Source: Marinicella sp. (lineage in GTDB: Bacteria; Pseudomonadota; Gammaproteobacteria; Xanthomonadales; Marinicellaceae). From it: a stretch of DNA of 64,000 nt. The stretch lies in assembly GCA_965230295.1 (NCBI GenBank), contig OZ246001.1:1152001-1216000 (forward strand), read 5' to 3'. The notes beneath the pieces were generated by a model. The model made no database searches and was not told the origin of the DNA. It worked only from the letters and a program-made list of their open reading frames with translations. The stretch's first letter is position 1. Every line of letters starts with the position of its first letter. Position numbers and translations under genes: made by a program. Shown piece after piece: positions 61,194 through 64,000 of the stretch.

Positions 61194-61931
61194 TCACCCT
61201 TTCTTAGATTTCTTTTTCTTCACGGCTCGGACCAAGCCTTGTTTTATGAAATCAAACCGATCTTTATGTATGGCTCGGCCCAGCGCTCTTAACATTGACT
61301 TCCTGGATCTGAGTTTACTGCCTCGGTGGGCATCCATATCCAATGAAACAAAGTGTTTGGCCCAATGTTGAGCAGTGGCATTGAGCTCTTCTTTGGCCAC
61401 CACCTGATCCAAGAAACCTGCTTCAACAGCCGTATTTGGGTCACATAATTCAGAAAGCAAAACAGCCCTATCATGATGTGATGTATTCAACCTTTGGCGA
61501 CAGATCTCAATGGCAGAATGTGGCATGGTTAAACCCAACTGAACCTCGTTGGCCACAATCTTGAATTCGCCTTCAACCCCAATGCGATAATCACCGGACA
61601 GCAACAAGAATGACCCCATGGCGATTGCATGACCATTGTTGGCAATGATGACAGGGGTAGGAAATGACAACAAGCGCTTTGATAAAGTGAAACCACCAAT
61701 CAACATGTCTAGGGTGTTTTTGGCACCAGTTTTCAATATATTTAAATCAAATCCGGCACTGAACACTTCGGCACGGCCAGTCAGTACAACCACAGCACCA
61801 GCCTCTTCAGCCTGATCCAAAGCCTGATTCAAATGGGCAATCATTTTCGGTGAAATCAGGTTGTTCTTGCCGTCATCCATCATGATCCAGGCAATGTTAT
61901 TTTCAATTTGATGTTTAACCAGTTTTTCCAT
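61194..61931 (-). CDS. Crotonase/enoyl-CoA hydratase family protein
   Basis: MDDGK.N, FSAGFDL, GHAIAMG.FLLLSGDYRIG, ANEV. Confidence 0.92.
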   Translation of the reverse strand: MEKLVKHQIENNIAWIMMDDGKNNLISPKMIAHLNQALDQAEEAGAVVVLTGRAEVFSAGFDLNILKTGAKNTLDMLIGGFTLSKRLLSFPTPVIIANNGHAIAMGSFLLLSGDYRIGVEGEFKIVANEVQLGLTMPHSAIEICRQRLNTSHHDRAVLLSELCDPNTAVEAGFLDQVVAKEELNATAQHWAKHFVSLDMDAHRGSKLRSRKSMLRALGRAIHKDRFDFIKQGLVRAVKKKKSKKG

Positions 61932-62015
61932 CTAAACTCCTAAGTGTTAAGCAACATGCCACTGAAATAGTATCAACAGCTTAGCATATGCTTGGTTAAG
62001 TCCTCATAAATATCA

Positions 62016-62882
62016 TCAATCAAAACCAGTCGCAAAAATCACATCGGAGCCATAATAAATTTGATGGTTATTGGGTTCTGAAACAGTGATCAACTGGTTA
62101 AAATCAGCATTGAAAGTGAAACCCTCCACCTGATTCTGCGGCAAAATCAATTGCGCATACTGCTGCCCGGAAAGGTCCACATCAATGATCCTGTGTGCCA
62201 AATGAGACATCAACAACAATCGACCAGTCCCCTCATCGAAATAACAACTGGACAAATCAGCACCGGCGCCCAAAAGACCGCTGAGCTGATTGAAAGACAA
62301 AGTTTCCGAGACCACCAAAGAGCCATCAGCAAAGGTCACATCTTCGCTGTTCGCTGGCCTGTTGAATTGCAACACCTGCATTTGCGGGTCTTCGATACAA
62401 ACATAAAAGACCTGATTGAAAGGATCATAGGCCACCCCTTCTCCCGAGTCACCGCCTGCCGTGTTGGCGTATGTCAGGGTTTGGGTGTCGACTTGATCCA
62501 AACGGATGTTGTGTGTATTCATCGGCGATTGCACAATAATCACTGAACCTTCAGCCCCTCCTTCTTCAACCAACGCATATTCATAGAAGTTACCATTGGC
62601 TCCTATGAATGTAATGCCTTCACAGTCTCCACAGGCCAATGAGCCGCAAAACTGCTCAGTCAATTGGCTGTCATAGCGGCAATATTGGTTTTGATGCACA
62701 GTTATGTATTGATCAGCTATCCAGTTGTAAGTGATGCCTGATAAATTGGCCACTGATGACAAGGAAGCTGCGGATGTGGGGTTTTGATAATGACTTAATG
62801 GCAGGGGTGATACGTTAATACCACCAGCTTGCGACATTAAAACCACAAACATAACTGCAAAAAGGCAGGCGTTTTTTTCCAT
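62016..62882 (-). CDS. Secreted SdiA-regulated-like beta-propeller with C-terminal DVIFATGFD motif
   Basis: Signal peptide; NLSGITY, DCEGIT, EGVAYDP, DLS, LLLMSH, QVEG.TF, VSEPN. Confidence 0.8.
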   Translation of the reverse strand: MEKNACLFAVMFVVLMSQAGGINVSPLPLSHYQNPTSAASLSSVANLSGITYNWIADQYITVHQNQYCRYDSQLTEQFCGSLACGDCEGITFIGANGNFYEYALVEEGGAEGSVIIVQSPMNTHNIRLDQVDTQTLTYANTAGGDSGEGVAYDPFNQVFYVCIEDPQMQVLQFNRPANSEDVTFADGSLVVSETLSFNQLSGLLGAGADLSSCYFDEGTGRLLLMSHLAHRIIDVDLSGQQYAQLILPQNQVEGFTFNADFNQLITVSEPNNHQIYYGSDVIFATGFD

Positions 62883-62934
62883 AATGGCTTAATCCGGTTG
62901 CTGGTATTGTTCCAGCGTCATGCCGTATTGCTTT

Positions 62935-62955
62935 GGAGAACTGTCAGACAGTTCG
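62935..62955 (+). repeat. Isolated hairpin end of the bipartite repeat
   Basis: GGAGAACTGT-CAG-ACAGTTCG, 19/21 identical to the reverse complement of the end of 58868-59018. Confidence 0.65.
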
Positions 62956-63180
62956 GCTGTTTGAAAATATTCATTGACACACCATGCTAAAAACCATGTT
63001 CCATTGTAATGTTGCACCCAGACGTCAACAGAGAACTTAATCACAAAACACATGCACGGTAACTTGAAACAACAAGATTTCCTCAGAAAAATGTTAGCCA
63101 GTGCTCAAAATTTGACATAATCTGGTTCTTCAAGCCCACATCACTCGTAATCTGCAGCCATTGGTATTAAATTAAATGTC

Positions 63181-64000
63181 ATGGAAGAGCTAAACAAACA
63201 AATGTTTGCACATATCGGGTTGTTTATTTTGACGCTGCTGCTCAGTTCTCCAACGGTTATTGCATCTACCGGAAACCCGACACCATTCTCGGACGAATTT
63301 GATGGTGCTGTTGACTTACTCAACAACAACACCAGTGGTTGGTCGGTTTTGGGCAGCAGCGTGATGGATGAACGAGCCACAACTGTCGAAATCAATGGTG
63401 GATTGTTAACCGTGATTCCTGAAGTGTTTGCCATGAATGCCTGGTTTGAGGATGAATACGGGCCATTGGTGTATCAGTTGGTCACCGGCAATTTTGCTGC
63501 TGTCATCAATTTGAGGGTCACACAAACCAACAACATCGACATGCCACCTGATTTGGGTTTCAATGCCGGTGGCTTTGTGATCAGAGACGCCAGCGGTACG
63601 CACAACAACGATGAAAACTGGTTGATGTATAACATGGGCGGGCAAGGCGCTGATGGCGTGACCTATGCCCGTGAAATGAAAAAAACCGTCAGCTCAGTTT
63701 CGAACCTTTACTTGACCGAACAAGTGGGATTGGAAGAGTATCTTCTGGCCTGTCGGGTGGGGGATGATTTTTATTTCTATTATTGGGCCGACGCCATCAA
63801 TGCATGGCGACAAGAAACTTATTACAACCAATTCGATGTCGATGGTACCGAAACAACCACATGGCGCAACTCAGGATCAGTGACCCCAGAAATCACACCG
63901 GCAGGCATTGGCCAAGCCAACCCCATGCATTTCAACCACCCGGCCATGCCTGCTGAGGTTCAGGTTGGTATCATGGGCCACACTTGGAGTAACGGAAATA
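63181..64000 (+). CDS. Secreted ConA-like/DUF1349-like protein (runs off the window end)
   Basis: Open frame without a stop to the end; signal peptide, PFSDEFDG, GPLVYQLVTGNF, AGGFVIR, VQVGIM; not in the ORF track. Confidence 0.8.
   Translation, partial: MEELNKQMFAHIGLFILTLLLSSPTVIASTGNPTPFSDEFDGAVDLLNNNTSGWSVLGSSVMDERATTVEINGGLLTVIPEVFAMNAWFEDEYGPLVYQLVTGNFAAVINLRVTQTNNIDMPPDLGFNAGGFVIRDASGTHNNDENWLMYNMGGQGADGVTYAREMKKTVSSVSNLYLTEQVGLEEYLLACRVGDDFYFYYWADAINAWRQETYYNQFDVDGTETTTWRNSGSVTPEITPAGIGQANPMHFNHPAMPAEVQVGIMGHTWSNGN

Noticed and set aside
552-63645. Numerous short ORFs in the track antisense to, or frame-shifted within, long genes (e.g. 4085-4603, 8468-8986, 30645-31253, 57234-57719)
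   Set aside because: Shadow ORFs with no recognisable motifs, overlapping confidently assigned genes

Overview
64 kb of bacterial chromosome, roughly 40-45% GC by eye. Gene content points to a marine gammaproteobacterium of the Xanthomonadales-like group (Marinicella-like; this is inference). Housekeeping genes: trkH (3' end), comF, smc, queF, bfd, hemCD with algZ/algR, folB, abgT, dsbC, rlmB, rnr, ubiK, a DEAD-box helicase and a class II RNR. A complete branched-chain amino acid island has a Bacteroidota-looking ilvE-D-B-N-C-A operon back-to-back with leuA-C-D-B, each preceded by an unannotated leader peptide. Accessory genes include an ECF sigma/Ser-Thr kinase pair, many secreted proteins and several small regulator modules. 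Strongest signal: five unrelated signal-peptide-bearing proteins all end in D-[LVF]-I-F-x-[DNT]-[GD]-F-[EQD], a candidate uncharacterised C-terminal sorting/anchoring signal. Second: a dispersed bipartite hairpin repeat family with covarying stems at five intergenic loci. No tRNA, rRNA, CRISPR array, transposase or prophage was found.
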